DNA of 64,000 nucleotides from Halostella limicola. GTDB taxonomy: Archaea > Halobacteriota > Halobacteria > Halobacteriales > Natronoarchaeaceae. The position numbers and the translations under genes were made by a program. The stretch's first letter is position 1, and each line of letters opens with the position of its first letter. The notes under the pieces were generated by a model that did no database searches, was not told the DNA's origin, and worked only from the letters and a program-made list of their open reading frames with translations. The stretch is taken from NCBI RefSeq assembly GCF_003675875.1, contig NZ_RCDI01000002.1, positions 124,786-188,785 of the forward strand, written 5' to 3'. Shown piece after piece: positions 37,993 to 48,548 of the stretch.

Positions 37993-38150
37993 ACGTCCCC
38001 TTCTCTTCGGTGCGGGTGTAAAACACCCGATTTCGGTCGCTTGCATCGCCTCGAAGCGGGTGATATCTCCGCCGTTCACTCGACAGTCGGCCGCGGCGCG
38101 GGCGTTCCGTCAGGAGCGATCGCCCGGCCGCTCGCCGAACGAGCGGCGGG

Positions 38151-38756
38151 CTACAGACCGAACGCGGCGACGGTGCCGCTGGCGAGCCCCATCGTCACGA
38201 GCAGGCGGCCGACGCTGCCGGCGAACGTCGCCGCTGCGAAGCGGTAGTAATCGCGTTCGAGGACGGCGAAGGCGTAGATGGAGATGGTGTCGGGGAAGCC
38301 GGGGACGCAGAGGGCGAGCGCGAGACCGGCGTAGCCGTACTTGCGGGCGAGTTCGACGGCGCTTTTCTCGGACCACTCGACGACTTCGAACCGGGACCGA
38401 CGCAGGAACCGGATCACGGGGCCGGCGCGTTTCGCCTCCTGGCCGAGGTGAAACGCCAGCACGCTCCCGGCCGCCTTACCGACGCCGCTCACGAGGATGA
38501 CCAGCGAGAACTCGACCGCGTCCGGCAGGGCGAAGCCCATGCCCGCGTAGCCCGGGATGAGTACTACCTCGCTCGGCAGCGGCAGGGCGAACGCGATGAG
38601 AAAGGAGTAGACGAGGATCAACAGCAGTCCGCTCACTCCGGTCGCGGTCCGGACCGTGGTCTCGAACGCGCTGAAGTCCGGGCCGAACAGCTGTACGACG
38701 GCGTCGAGGGGGAACGCCTGGAGGGGGAGGACCGTCGCGATCGCGGGGGAGGTCAC
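38151..38756 (-). CDS. DedA/TVP38 (VTT domain) family membrane protein
   Basis: Multi-TM. Has the characteristic FALPLPSEVVLIPGY re-entrant motif. Confidence 0.8.
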   Translation of the reverse strand: MTSPAIATVLPLQAFPLDAVVQLFGPDFSAFETTVRTATGVSGLLLILVYSFLIAFALPLPSEVVLIPGYAGMGFALPDAVEFSLVILVSGVGKAAGSVLAFHLGQEAKRAGPVIRFLRRSRFEVVEWSEKSAVELARKYGYAGLALALCVPGFPDTISIYAFAVLERDYYRFAAATFAGSVGRLLVTMGLASGTVAAFGL

Positions 38757-38781
38757 TGCCGGGGACTGCGAGGGGAGCGAC

Positions 38782-39855
38782 CTAAATGTTGGCGTTTCGA
38801 CGCTGTCGGATCGCGTCCACGTCGCCGACGAACGCTTCGAGCATCTCCCGGGTGACGTGGGGCATGCAGACGACGCGGAGTTCGTCCGCGCCCGTCCGGG
38901 CGATGCGCCACCCCTCGTCGCGGAGCGCAGCGAACTCCCGGTCCGGCACGTCCGCCGAGACGAGGGGGAGCACCGGGTCGACGACGTCGTAACCGCGGTC
39001 GGCGAGCGCGTCGGCCAGCCACTCCGCGAGCGCCTGCGAGCGCTCGTACTGCTCGCGGTAGCCGGCAGGCCACAGCGCGTCGATGGCCGCCGCGGCGCTG
39101 GCGACGCCCGCGCCGCTCCGGGTGCCGGTCAGCGTCGCCTGCCCCCGCGATTCGAGGTACGGCGTGTCGACCGCGAGGGCGTCGAGCAGCGACTCGTCGC
39201 GGGCGAGGAAGCCGCCGGCGGGGATGGCGGCCTGCCCCACCTTGTGGGGGTCGATGGTCATCGTGTCGACCGGCGCGTGCGAGAAGTTCCACTCGCGGTC
39301 GGTGAAGGGGAGGACGAAGCCGCCCCACGCCGCGTCGACGTGCAGCAGCGCGCCGACCTCGTCGGCGACCGCGCCGAGTTCGGGGATCGGGTCGACGCGC
39401 CCGTACTCGGTCGATCCGGCGACGCCGACGACGAGCGCCGTCTCCTCGTCGGCGAGGTCGGAAACCGCCGCGACGTCGGCGCGGTAGTCGTCGTCGACGG
39501 GCGCGAGTCTGAGGTCCACGTCGAGCACGCCCGCGGCCTTCTGGAAGCTGAAGTGGACGCTCTCGGGGGCGACGACGTTCGGGGACTCGGCGTCGGAGCG
39601 GTTGCGGGCCACCCGGAGCGCCTGGAGGTTCGCCTCCGTGCCCCCGCTGGCGACGTAGCCCGCGGGGTCGTCCAGCCCGGTTATCGTCCCGAGGTCGTCG
39701 ACGACCCGGCGTTCCAGTTCGGCGACCGTCGGGTACGTGCCGGGGTCGCCCGGGTTCGTTGCGAGGAAGCGTTCGGCAGCCTCGCGCGCGGCCGGGTGCG
39801 GTTCGGTGCACATCGAGGAGAGCACCCGGTCGAAGTCCTGCGGCTCGGCTCGCAT
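38782..39855 (-). CDS. mfnA: PLP-dependent L-tyrosine/L-aspartate decarboxylase (MfnA family)
   Basis: [16 protein letters not shown] and the DPHK PLP-Lys motif are present. An alternative start lies 21 bp upstream. Confidence 0.85.
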   Translation of the reverse strand: MRAEPQDFDRVLSSMCTEPHPAAREAAERFLATNPGDPGTYPTVAELERRVVDDLGTITGLDDPAGYVASGGTEANLQALRVARNRSDAESPNVVAPESVHFSFQKAAGVLDVDLRLAPVDDDYRADVAAVSDLADEETALVVGVAGSTEYGRVDPIPELGAVADEVGALLHVDAAWGGFVLPFTDREWNFSHAPVDTMTIDPHKVGQAAIPAGGFLARDESLLDALAVDTPYLESRGQATLTGTRSGAGVASAAAAIDALWPAGYREQYERSQALAEWLADALADRGYDVVDPVLPLVSADVPDREFAALRDEGWRIARTGADELRVVCMPHVTREMLEAFVGDVDAIRQRRNANI

Positions 39856-39918
39856 GAAAACGGATACCCGGGACAACGGTTTATTCGTTGTGTTCCGGCC
39901 CGCGCTGGCGAGACCTGG

Positions 39919-40704
39919 TCAGGCCTCGTCGACCCACTCGGGCCGTTCGACGGTCACGTCGCCGTCGTCGTCGAGCGCGAAGTCGACGTCCATCGCCATG
40001 CTCGCGTCGTTGCGCGAGCTCTCGATGTGGACGGTCATCTCCTGCACCCGACCGTCCTCGCTCACGACGACCGTCGACTCGTACGCGCTCACGTTCTCGC
40101 CGTCGAGGGGGACGGCGTCCGACCCCTGCCACTCGTCGGCGGTGAGGGTAACCTGCCCGTCGCTCGTCGACTCCACGGCGTAGTTACCGCCTTCGAGGTA
40201 GCCCCGCAGGAGCACGTGCCCCGACAGCTGCTGGCGGAGCTGCGCCGGGTCCATCCGCTGGTAGGACGTGTCGTTGCCCGACTCGATCCGGCTGACTGCG
40301 GTCGACTGGTTCCCCCAGACGGTCTGGTTGACCCGGGCGCTCGTCGCGTCGACGAGGAAGGTCCCCTCGCCGTCGACCCGGATCGACCGCTCCGCGGCCG
40401 AGGTGACGTTCTGCCCGCTCTGTTCGATACGCTGCCGCTGGGTCACGTTCAGCTGGTAGGCCTCCCCCGACAGGCTCTCGTTGTGGGCGTTCGCCAGTGC
40501 GGCCGCGTCCTCCAGCCCGGACTCCGTCACGCCGGGCGGGTACGCGGCGTCCCCGCCGGTCCCGTTCGCCGCCGTGTCGTTGCCGACCGTCCCGTTCGCG
40601 AGCGTCTCCTCCCCGTCGCCGTCGTCGCCGCCGAGGACGCCGCCGCAGCCGGCGAGCGCCACCATCACGACGACGAGACCGATCGCTATCGTCTTCGTTC
40701 TCAT
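39919..40704 (-). CDS. Secreted lipoprotein (lipobox LAGC), many N-glycosylation sequons
   Basis: MRTKTIAIGLVVVMVALAGCGG is a signal peptide plus lipobox. At least 10 N-x-S/T sequons are present. There is no catalytic motif. Confidence 0.7.
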   Translation of the reverse strand: MRTKTIAIGLVVVMVALAGCGGVLGGDDGDGEETLANGTVGNDTAANGTGGDAAYPPGVTESGLEDAAALANAHNESLSGEAYQLNVTQRQRIEQSGQNVTSAAERSIRVDGEGTFLVDATSARVNQTVWGNQSTAVSRIESGNDTSYQRMDPAQLRQQLSGHVLLRGYLEGGNYAVESTSDGQVTLTADEWQGSDAVPLDGENVSAYESTVVVSEDGRVQEMTVHIESSRNDASMAMDVDFALDDDGDVTVERPEWVDEA

Positions 40705-40727
40705 CACGAACCCGTGATGCACACGGA

Positions 40728-40770
40728 GGGAAAAAGCGTCCGCTCCGCGCGCGGAGTGTCGGAAAAAGGA
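40728..40770 (-). terminator. Terminator-like element after ppsA: 16-bp perfect GC palindrome flanked by two T5 tracts
   Basis: On the minus strand the sequence reads ccTTTTTccgacaCTCCGCGCGCGGAGcggacgcTTTTTcc. The palindrome is ctccgcgcgcggag at 40743-40756. Confidence 0.5.
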
Positions 40771-40781
40771 CCTGTCGGCGA

Positions 40782-43130
40782 TTACCGCACCGAGTCGATC
40801 ATCAGCTTCTGCTCGACGCGTTTGACCTCGTGCTGGACGTCGCGGACGGCGTCGATGTTCGCGGAGATGGAGCTGACGCCCTCGTTGACGAGGAACTGCA
40901 CCATCTTCGGCTTCGAGCCGGCCTGGCCGCAGATGCTCGTGTCGACGTCGTACTCGCGGCAGGTCGCGATGGTGTCGCCGATGAGCTCCAGTACGGCAGG
41001 GTGGAGCTCGTCGAAGCGGTCGGCGACCTCCCCGTTGTTGCGGTCGACCGCGAGCGTGTACTGCGTGAGGTCGTTCGTCCCGAAGGAGGCGAAGTCGATG
41101 CCCGCTTCGGCCATCCCCTCGACGCCGAGCGCCGACGCGGGCGTCTCGATCATCACGCCCCACGTCCGCTTGTCGGGGTCGATGCCGACGTCCTCCATGA
41201 GCTTCTTCGTGCGGAGGACGTCCTCGGCGTCGTTGACCAGCGGGAACATCATCTCGACGTTGTCGTAGCCCATCTCGTAGAGCCGCCGGAACGCCTCGAG
41301 CTCGCACTTGAACAGCTCCGGCTCGTCGAGGCTGCGGCGGATGCCGCGGTAGCCCAGCATCGGGTTGTGCTCGTCGGGCTCGTCCTCGCCGCCTTCGAGC
41401 TCGCGGAACTCGTCGGTCGGCGCGTCGAGCGTCCGGGTGCGGACCGGTCGGGGGTAGAACTCCTCGGCGACCCCCTGAACGCCGTCGACGATCTCGTCGA
41501 CGTAGGCGCGCTTGCCGTTTTCCTCGATGTACCGCTCGGGCGTCTGGCCGAGCGAGAGGATCATGTGCTCGATCCGGAGGAGGCCGACGCCGTCCGCGCC
41601 GGTCGCCGCGGCGCGCTCGGCGGCCTCCGGGATGGAGACGTTCACCTTGACCTCCGTCGCGGTCATCGGCTTGACCGGCGTCTTCGGCCGGGCCTCCTCG
41701 ATCGGCTCGCGCTGCTCGTCGGGCTCTTCGGTACCCTGACGGACGGCCCCCTTGTCGCCGTCGAGGGTGACGTGCTGGCCGTCCGTGAGCACCGTCGTCG
41801 CGTTGCCCGCGCCGACGACCGCGGGGACGCCCAGCTCGCGGGAGACGATGGCGGCGTGACTGGTCATCCCGCCCTCGTCCGTGACGATGCCGGACGCGCG
41901 CTTCATCGCGGGGACCATGTCCGGCGTGGTCATCTGGGTGACGATGATGTCTCCCTCGCCGACCTTGTCGAGTTCGTCGAGTTTGCCGACGATACGGACC
42001 GCGCCGCTCGCGTTCCCCGGGCTGGAGCCGAGCCCGCGGACGAGGATGCCGTCGTCGGAGCCGCTCTCGGCGCTCGCCGTCTCGACCCCGCCGCCCCCGT
42101 CAGTGGCCTGAGCGCCGTTCGCCGCGCCGGAGCCGTTCGTCGGGTCGGTCTCGACGCGCGACTCGTCGGCCTCGCCGATCTCCCCCTCGTCGATGGTCGT
42201 GATCGGCCGGGACTGGAGCATGTACACCTCGCCGTCGTAGATGGCCCACTCGACGTCCTGGGGCGTGTCGTAGTGGTCCTCGACGCGCTCGCCGAGTTCG
42301 CGCAGGCGGTCGAGCTCGTCGTCCGAGAGGACGCGCTCCTCGCGTTTCTCCGCGGGCACCTCGCGCTCGACGGTCTCGCCGGTGTCGTCGTCGCGGACGT
42401 GCATGATCTTCTTCTCCGCGACGGTCACCTCCTCCAGGTCGCCGGACTCGCGGTCGATGATGTAGTTGTCGGGCGACACGGAGCCGGAGACGACCGCCTC
42501 GCCGAGGCCCCACGCGGACTCGACGATCATCCGCGGGTCGCCGGTCGAGGGGTGGCTGGTGAACATCACGCCGCTCTTCTCGGCGTCGACCATCTGCTGG
42601 ACGACGACGGCGATGTTGACGACGCTGTGGTCGAACCCCTGGTTCTTCCGGTAGTAGATGGCCCGCTGGGTGAACAGGGAAGCCCAGCACTCGCGGACCC
42701 GGTCGAGCAGATCCTCCGCCGTGACGTTGAGGAACGTCTCCTGCTGTCCGGCGAAGCTCGCGTCCGGCAGGTCCTCCGCCGTCGCCGACGAGCGGACCGC
42801 CACGAACGCCTCGCCGTCGCCGAGCTTCGAGTACGAACCGAGTACCTCCTTCCGGAGGGAGTCGGGGAACTCCGCGCCCAGGATCAGCTCCTGCGCGCGG
42901 TCGGCCGCTTCGGCGAGGGCAGAAGAGTCTTCGACGTCCACGTCCACCACCTCGAACAGTTCCTCGTCGATCCCGGCCTCCTCGATGAACGTCCGGTAGG
43001 TGCCGGCAGTGACGACGAAGCCCGGCGGAACGGGCAGTCCGGCGCCGGTGAGTTCGCCCAGCGAAGCGCCCTTGCCACCGACGTCGTCGATGTCTTCCGC
43101 CCCGATCTCCTCCAGAGACAGTACTGGCAT
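40782..43130 (-). CDS. ppsA: Phosphoenolpyruvate synthase (pyruvate, water dikinase)
   Basis: Has an N-terminal ATP-grasp (GGKGASLGEL), a central His domain (GGMTSHAAIVSRELG), and a C-terminal PEP-utilising TIM barrel. Confidence 0.95.
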   Translation of the reverse strand: MPVLSLEEIGAEDIDDVGGKGASLGELTGAGLPVPPGFVVTAGTYRTFIEEAGIDEELFEVVDVDVEDSSALAEAADRAQELILGAEFPDSLRKEVLGSYSKLGDGEAFVAVRSSATAEDLPDASFAGQQETFLNVTAEDLLDRVRECWASLFTQRAIYYRKNQGFDHSVVNIAVVVQQMVDAEKSGVMFTSHPSTGDPRMIVESAWGLGEAVVSGSVSPDNYIIDRESGDLEEVTVAEKKIMHVRDDDTGETVEREVPAEKREERVLSDDELDRLRELGERVEDHYDTPQDVEWAIYDGEVYMLQSRPITTIDEGEIGEADESRVETDPTNGSGAANGAQATDGGGGVETASAESGSDDGILVRGLGSSPGNASGAVRIVGKLDELDKVGEGDIIVTQMTTPDMVPAMKRASGIVTDEGGMTSHAAIVSRELGVPAVVGAGNATTVLTDGQHVTLDGDKGAVRQGTEEPDEQREPIEEARPKTPVKPMTATEVKVNVSIPEAAERAAATGADGVGLLRIEHMILSLGQTPERYIEENGKRAYVDEIVDGVQGVAEEFYPRPVRTRTLDAPTDEFRELEGGEDEPDEHNPMLGYRGIRRSLDEPELFKCELEAFRRLYEMGYDNVEMMFPLVNDAEDVLRTKKLMEDVGIDPDKRTWGVMIETPASALGVEGMAEAGIDFASFGTNDLTQYTLAVDRNNGEVADRFDELHPAVLELIGDTIATCREYDVDTSICGQAGSKPKMVQFLVNEGVSSISANIDAVRDVQHEVKRVEQKLMIDSVR

Positions 43131-43270
43131 GCTGTACCTGACGGAACCACGACAGCGTTAAAGAACCTTGCGAACGTTGCGTAAATAACGTAACTCGCTT
43201 CCGAGTACACTTTCGATCGCGAACTCCGCGGCCCAAGATATTATACCCAGCTGTCACTATCGTACGGACG

Positions 43271-43999
43271 ATGAACACGACGCAAGCGCTTCGCCTCGCA
43301 CTGTACTATCGGGGACTGTCGGCTCTCTCGTTCGCCGTCGGCATCGGGATCGCGGTGGTCGGCCTGGGCGTCGGCCTCGGCGAGACCGTCGCGATCCTCG
43401 CCGCGGACTTCCCGTCGCGGGTCGACGAGGCCGTCGCCGCGGCGAACCTGCCGGTCGCGCTCGGGTCGGCGGTCGTCGGCGTCCTCGTCTGGCAGGTCGG
43501 GTCGTGGGCCGCGTTCTTCCTCGCGATCGACAGAGCGGTCGACGCCGAACCGGCCGACGCGCCCGCGGACGGGACGCGCGACGACGACCGGAGCGTCGTC
43601 GCCGAGACCGAAGACGAAGCCGAGAACGCGTCGGCGGCGTCGCCCCGGCAGGACCCGATCGTCCCCTCCTCGTCGGGCGGGAACGCCGACGGTAGCGCCT
43701 CCGCCGACCGGCAGTCGGAAGCCCTCGGGAGCGGGCCGACGGTCGGCGCCGAAGGCGCGCCCGACGACGGCGCGAGTGCGTCCGCCGGCCGAACCGGGTC
43801 GCCACAACCGCACGACGACGACACCGATCCCGCCGCGTCGACGGACGAGGGTTCGGGAGAGACGCTCGCGGCCGACGCCGAGAACGTGTTCGACGACGAG
43901 GCGGCGGACGCGCCGGTCGACGCCGTCACCTGCGGGGACTGCGGCTACCCGAACAAGGAAGGCGTCTCCTTCTGCGCGAACTGCGGCGCGGAGCTCTAG
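43271..43999 (+). CDS. Membrane protein with acidic linker and C-terminal zinc ribbon
   Basis: Three or four N-terminal TM helices are followed by a D/E/A-rich linker. The C-terminus is CGDCGYPNKEGVSFCANCG. Confidence 0.6.
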   Translation: MNTTQALRLALYYRGLSALSFAVGIGIAVVGLGVGLGETVAILAADFPSRVDEAVAAANLPVALGSAVVGVLVWQVGSWAAFFLAIDRAVDAEPADAPADGTRDDDRSVVAETEDEAENASAASPRQDPIVPSSSGGNADGSASADRQSEALGSGPTVGAEGAPDDGASASAGRTGSPQPHDDDTDPAASTDEGSGETLAADAENVFDDEAADAPVDAVTCGDCGYPNKEGVSFCANCGAEL

Positions 44000-44901
44000 G
44001 CTTCCAGTATCTCGTCCTCGTCGTCCGCCGGCACCGACAGCGTCCCGTCGAGCGCGAGGACGCCCTCGCCGCCGACGCGCACGGACTCGCCGACGCGGAC
44101 CCGCACTCGTCCGGGCCGGTCGAGGTAATGGCCCTGTTCGAACGCCATCTCGTCTGGGAGTTCGCCGTCGAAGGCGCTCACCTCGCGGAGGTACGCGCCG
44201 GCCGCGCCGCTCGCCGTCCCCGTGACGGGATCCTCGGGCACGCCCGCCCCGGGGGCGAACATGCGCGCGTGGAGCGTCGCGTCGCCGTCCAGCGCGTCGA
44301 ACGTGAACAGGTAGAGGCCGGTCGCGTCGACCTCGTCGCAGATCGCCTCGACCGCGGCGAGGTCGGGGTCCGCGTTCCCGACGTGTTCCAGGAAGTTGAC
44401 CGGCACCATCAGGAACGGAAGGCCCGTCGAGGCGACCGCGAGCGGCAGGTCGGCGCCGATGTCCTGCAGCGATCCGACCGGCACGTCGAGCGCTTCGGCG
44501 AGCCGGTCGTACTCGACGTCGACCCGCCGGACGGAGGGGTCGTCCTGCGTCATCCAAACGGTCCCGTCGTCCTCGACGTCGACGTCGAGCACGCCGACCT
44601 CGGTCTCCAGCGTGTGCTCGCCCGCGTCGATGGCGCCGTCATCGCGGAGGAAGGCGTGCGCCGCGATCGTCGCGTGGCCGCAGAGGTCGACCTCCTGCGT
44701 CGGCGTGAAGTACCGCACCTTGCGGTCCGCGGGGCCGCTCGGCAGGAGAAAGGCCGTCTCGCTGACGGCGAGTTCGCGGGCGACCGCCTGCATCTGGCTC
44801 GCCGAGAGGCCGTCCGCGTCCGGGACGACGCCGGCGGCGTTGCCCGTCAGGGGTTCGTCGGTGAACGCGTCCACGAGGGCGGTGCGGACCTGTCTGACCA
44901 T
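43996..44901 (-). CDS. PhzF family phenazine-biosynthesis-like isomerase
   Basis: VDAFTDEPLTGNAAGVV and ETAFL motifs are present. A two-domain DapF-like fold is predicted. Start at MVRQVRT. Confidence 0.85.
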   Translation of the reverse strand: MVRQVRTALVDAFTDEPLTGNAAGVVPDADGLSASQMQAVARELAVSETAFLLPSGPADRKVRYFTPTQEVDLCGHATIAAHAFLRDDGAIDAGEHTLETEVGVLDVDVEDDGTVWMTQDDPSVRRVDVEYDRLAEALDVPVGSLQDIGADLPLAVASTGLPFLMVPVNFLEHVGNADPDLAAVEAICDEVDATGLYLFTFDALDGDATLHARMFAPGAGVPEDPVTGTASGAAGAYLREVSAFDGELPDEMAFEQGHYLDRPGRVRVRVGESVRVGGEGVLALDGTLSVPADDEDEILEA

Positions 44902-44966
44902 GCAGGTGCCTGCGGGGGAGTTCACGTAAACGCTCGGATGTCCACCGGGACACGCCTCCGGCCGGA

Positions 44967-46706
44967 TCAGGCCGAGTCGCCGGTCGCCTCGCGGTCGGGG
45001 ATCGTGAAGCGGAACGTCGCCCCCTCGGCGGCGTCCGCGTCGACCCAGATGCGGCCGCCGTGGCGTTCGACGATCTTCCGGCAGATGGCGAGGCCGATCC
45101 CCGTCCCCGACTCGTCCGCGCCGTCGAGGTCGTTGAACATCTCGAAGACGTGGTCGGCGTCGGCCGGGTCGATCCCGACTCCGTCGTCGCTGACCGAGAA
45201 CACCCACTCGCCGTCGCCCCGCTCCGCCGAGACGCGGATCCGGGGTCCGCCGTCTGACCCTCTCCCGTCCGATCCGTCGTCGCCCTCGGCCGGTCCGTCG
45301 TCGGCTCCCGGACGCGCGGAGCCGTGCTCCACGGCGTTTCCGACGAGGTTCTGGAACAGCTGCACCAGCTGGGTCTCGTCGGCGACGACCGTCGGGAGCG
45401 GTTCCACGGCGACCTCGGCGTCGCTCTCCGCGATCGTTATCCGGAGGTTTGTCGTCGCCTCGTCGACGACCCGCTCGCAGTCGGTCGGTTCGAACTCGCC
45501 CCCCTGGGTGTCGAGTCGGGAGAACTCCAGCAGCCCCTGGATCATCGACCGCATCCGCTCCGCGCCGCCCACCGCGTACTCGATGAACTCCTCCGCGTCG
45601 TCGTCGAGGGCGTCCCCGTATCGCCGTTCGAGGAGATTCAGGTAGCTCGTCACCATCCGCAGGGGCTCCTGCAGGTCGTGCGACGCGACGTACGCGAACC
45701 GCTCCAGTTCGGCGTTCGACTGTTCGAGGCGGTCGACCGTCTCCGCGAGCTCCGCCTTCGCTCGCCGGCGTTCGAGGCCGTAGCTGACCCACTCGCTCAT
45801 CAGCTCGACGTACGTCACCTCCGCGTCGGTGAACGGCGCCTCACGGGGAGAGGTGTTCGCGAAGCAGAAGGTCCCGAACACCTCGTCGCCGACCGTCACC
45901 TCGGAGCCGAGGTAGCAGACGATCCCGCTCTCGCTCGCCGGGTCGTCGGCGTACCCCTCGGCGGCGGCGTCCTGCAGGACGAAGACGCCGTCCGATCCGA
46001 TGACGTGCTTGCAGTACGTCTGAGAGAGTGGTGCGGTGAGGCCGGGACGGAACCCGTCGTGCGTTCCGTGCATCTCGTGGACCTCGAATTCGCCCTCGTC
46101 CTCGTTGGTCTCGATGAGGAAGCCGAAGTCGAGGTCCAGCCGCTCGCAGCCCATCTCCAGCAGCCCCCGGACCTTCTCGTCGAACGTCGTCTCGGGGTTC
46201 GACGTTATCTCGTACAGTTCCTGTATGTACCGCTCCCGCTCCCGAAGGGTCTCCTCGACGGCGGCCGCGTCGCCGTCGGTCGCGAGCGCGGCGTCGATAC
46301 GGTGGGCGAGGAGCGCGTGTTCGCCGGGGTCCGGCGGCCTGCGGACGACGTCCGTCGCGCCGGCGGCCAGCGCCTCGCCGACGGCCTCTTCGCTCGGGGC
46401 GGCGGTGTAGACGATCACGGGCAGGTCGGGATTCGACCGACGCACCGCGTCGAGAACGCCCGCACCGTCGTTCTCACCGGCTTCGCCGTCGCTAACGACG
46501 CAGTCCACGTCGCCGGACTCGATCCGGGAGAGCGCGGCTTCCGGACCGGACGCCGTGGTCACCGACAGTCCGGGACGACCGCGTTTGAGGGCGGCGGGGA
46601 CGTCATCGCCGTCCGTGCCGACGTAGAGGACGCTGGCGGAGGGTTCGTCGCCCCGCGTCCGCGCGCGGTTCCGGCCGGCGGACCCCCCGCTCTCCCCTCG
46701 TTCCAT
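44967..46706 (-). CDS. Hybrid sensor histidine kinase: REC, GAF, HisKA, HATPase
   Basis: The N-terminal receiver has a phospho-acceptor Asp (VDCVVSDGEAG). A GAF domain follows. The H-box is ASHDLQEPLR. N, G1 and G2 boxes are present (VGNAVEHG...GTGIGLA). Confidence 0.85.
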   Translation of the reverse strand: MERGESGGSAGRNRARTRGDEPSASVLYVGTDGDDVPAALKRGRPGLSVTTASGPEAALSRIESGDVDCVVSDGEAGENDGAGVLDAVRRSNPDLPVIVYTAAPSEEAVGEALAAGATDVVRRPPDPGEHALLAHRIDAALATDGDAAAVEETLRERERYIQELYEITSNPETTFDEKVRGLLEMGCERLDLDFGFLIETNEDEGEFEVHEMHGTHDGFRPGLTAPLSQTYCKHVIGSDGVFVLQDAAAEGYADDPASESGIVCYLGSEVTVGDEVFGTFCFANTSPREAPFTDAEVTYVELMSEWVSYGLERRRAKAELAETVDRLEQSNAELERFAYVASHDLQEPLRMVTSYLNLLERRYGDALDDDAEEFIEYAVGGAERMRSMIQGLLEFSRLDTQGGEFEPTDCERVVDEATTNLRITIAESDAEVAVEPLPTVVADETQLVQLFQNLVGNAVEHGSARPGADDGPAEGDDGSDGRGSDGGPRIRVSAERGDGEWVFSVSDDGVGIDPADADHVFEMFNDLDGADESGTGIGLAICRKIVERHGGRIWVDADAAEGATFRFTIPDREATGDSA

Positions 46707-46885
46707 GGTTCGCTAGCCGGTTCTCACAGGTAAAAGCGATCGCCGATATCGCGGCGAACCTGACAGTTCCTCCGCCGGAAGACGCGGCCAGAGGGTGACG
46801 CGGGGTCCCGACGCTAGCACGGGAACGCTTCGCGTCGCGCGACTGCCTGTAAACCGTTAAGTACCGACGGCCGCGATCCACCGCC

Positions 46886-47578
46886 ATGAGCGATCTTCCG
46901 GACGATTTCGACTGCACTATCACCAACTGGGAGTACATCTACGGTCTCTGTCGCGACGTCAGCGTCGAGGTCCGGGAGGACGACTTCGAACCGGACGTGA
47001 TCGTCGCGCTCGCGCGCGGCGGCTGGTTCGCCGGGCGGTGCATCTGCGACTTCCTGGGTCTGGACGACCTGACCAGCCTGAAGATGGAGCACTACGTCGG
47101 CGCGGCCCAGAAGTCGGACGAACCGCAGGTCCGCTACCCGATGCCCGAGGGGAGCGTCGAGGGCAAGGACGTGCTCATCATCGACGACATCGCCGACACG
47201 GGCGGGTCTATCAAGCGCGCCTACGAGTACGTCAACGAGCGCGATCCGGGGCAGGTCCGGACGGCGACGCTCCAGTTGCTCCAGACCAGCGAGTTCGAGC
47301 CCGACTACGTCGGCGAGCGCCTGGAGGAGTGGACCTGGGTCGTCTACCCGTGGAACTTCATCGAGGACATGGTCGACCTGATCGAGGGGGCGATGGAACG
47401 GGCCGACGAGGAGACGTTCGACCGCGAGGACGTCCGCCACTACCTCGCCGAGTTCCACGACGTCCAGCGCATCGAGATGGAGATCGCACAGCCCGACCGC
47501 CTCGACGAGGTGTTAGACGAGATGGAGCGCCGCGGCGTGATCGCCGGCGAGGACGGGGCCTGGTCGTTGGCGGAATAA
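46886..47578 (+). CDS. Phosphoribosyltransferase (purine PRTase type)
   Basis: The PRPP-binding motif VLIIDDIADTGGS is present. Confidence 0.8.
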   Translation: MSDLPDDFDCTITNWEYIYGLCRDVSVEVREDDFEPDVIVALARGGWFAGRCICDFLGLDDLTSLKMEHYVGAAQKSDEPQVRYPMPEGSVEGKDVLIIDDIADTGGSIKRAYEYVNERDPGQVRTATLQLLQTSEFEPDYVGERLEEWTWVVYPWNFIEDMVDLIEGAMERADEETFDREDVRHYLAEFHDVQRIEMEIAQPDRLDEVLDEMERRGVIAGEDGAWSLAE

Positions 47579-47616
47579 CGGCCCGTTTTTTGTAGCCCCG
47601 GCTCGCAGTCGAAGTC

Positions 47617-48462
47617 ATGATCGGCTTTATCGGCGGCAGCGGCATCTACGACGCGCTCCCGTTAGAGAACGTCCGCGAGGAAGACGTGACGACCCCGTTC
47701 GGCGACCCGAGCGCCCCGGTCACGGTCGGCGAACTGGCCGGCCGCGAGGTGGCGTTTCTCCCCCGACACGGCCGCGACCACCAGTACTCGCCGACCGAGA
47801 CGCCGTACCGCGCCAACATCCACGCGCTGAAGCAGCTCGGCGTCGAGCGGATCCTCGCCAGCAACGCGGTCGGCAGCCTCCGCGAGGACCTCCCGCCGCG
47901 GACGCTCGTGATCCCTGACCAGACGTTCGACCGCACCAAGCACCGCACCCCGTCGTTCTTCGGCGAGGGGATGGTCGCGCACATGCCGTTCGCCGAGCCG
48001 TACTGCCCGCACATGGTCGACCACCTCGCGGCGTCGACCGACGCGGCCGACGCCGACAGCGAGGTCGGCGGCACCTACGTCTGCATCGAAGGGCCGCAGT
48101 ACTCGACGCGGGCCGAAAGCGAGTTCTACCGCGCGCAGGACTGGGACGTCATCGGCATGACCGCCATCCCGGAGGCGAAGCTCGCCCGCGAGGCGGAGAT
48201 GTGTTACGCCACCGTCACCGGCGTCACCGACTACGACGTCTGGAAGGCGGACAGCGAGGTCACGCTGCAGGAGGTACTCGAAAACGCCGCCGCCAACGAG
48301 ACGGCGATTAAGGAGGTCGTCGAGCGCGCCGTCCGCGAGATGCCCGACGAGCGCGACTGCGACTGCGGGTCGGCGCTGGAGGGGTCGATCAACACGCCGA
48401 CCGAGGCCGTCCCCGAGGAGACGCTGGAGCAGGTGGAACTGCTGGTCGACGAGTACGTCTGA
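47617..48462 (+). CDS. mtnP: S-methyl-5'-thioadenosine phosphorylase
   Basis: MIGFIGGSGIYD and TAIPEAKLAREAE motifs are present. This is the PNP/MTAP family. Confidence 0.9.
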   Translation: MIGFIGGSGIYDALPLENVREEDVTTPFGDPSAPVTVGELAGREVAFLPRHGRDHQYSPTETPYRANIHALKQLGVERILASNAVGSLREDLPPRTLVIPDQTFDRTKHRTPSFFGEGMVAHMPFAEPYCPHMVDHLAASTDAADADSEVGGTYVCIEGPQYSTRAESEFYRAQDWDVIGMTAIPEAKLAREAEMCYATVTGVTDYDVWKADSEVTLQEVLENAAANETAIKEVVERAVREMPDERDCDCGSALEGSINTPTEAVPEETLEQVELLVDEYV

Positions 48463-48548
48463 ACTCCGGTAGCTCTCCTCCGGCGAAACTTACCGGACCA
48501 GAAAGTTCATATCGGTACTGGCGTACCTACCGGAAAGACCCGCTTACC

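Noticed and set aside
44902-45792. N-terminal 300 aa of the 598-aa ORF containing PhzF
   Set aside because: The upstream part is RRGR low-complexity sequence that overlaps the histidine kinase gene on the same strand in another frame. PhzF homology starts at MVRQVRT.
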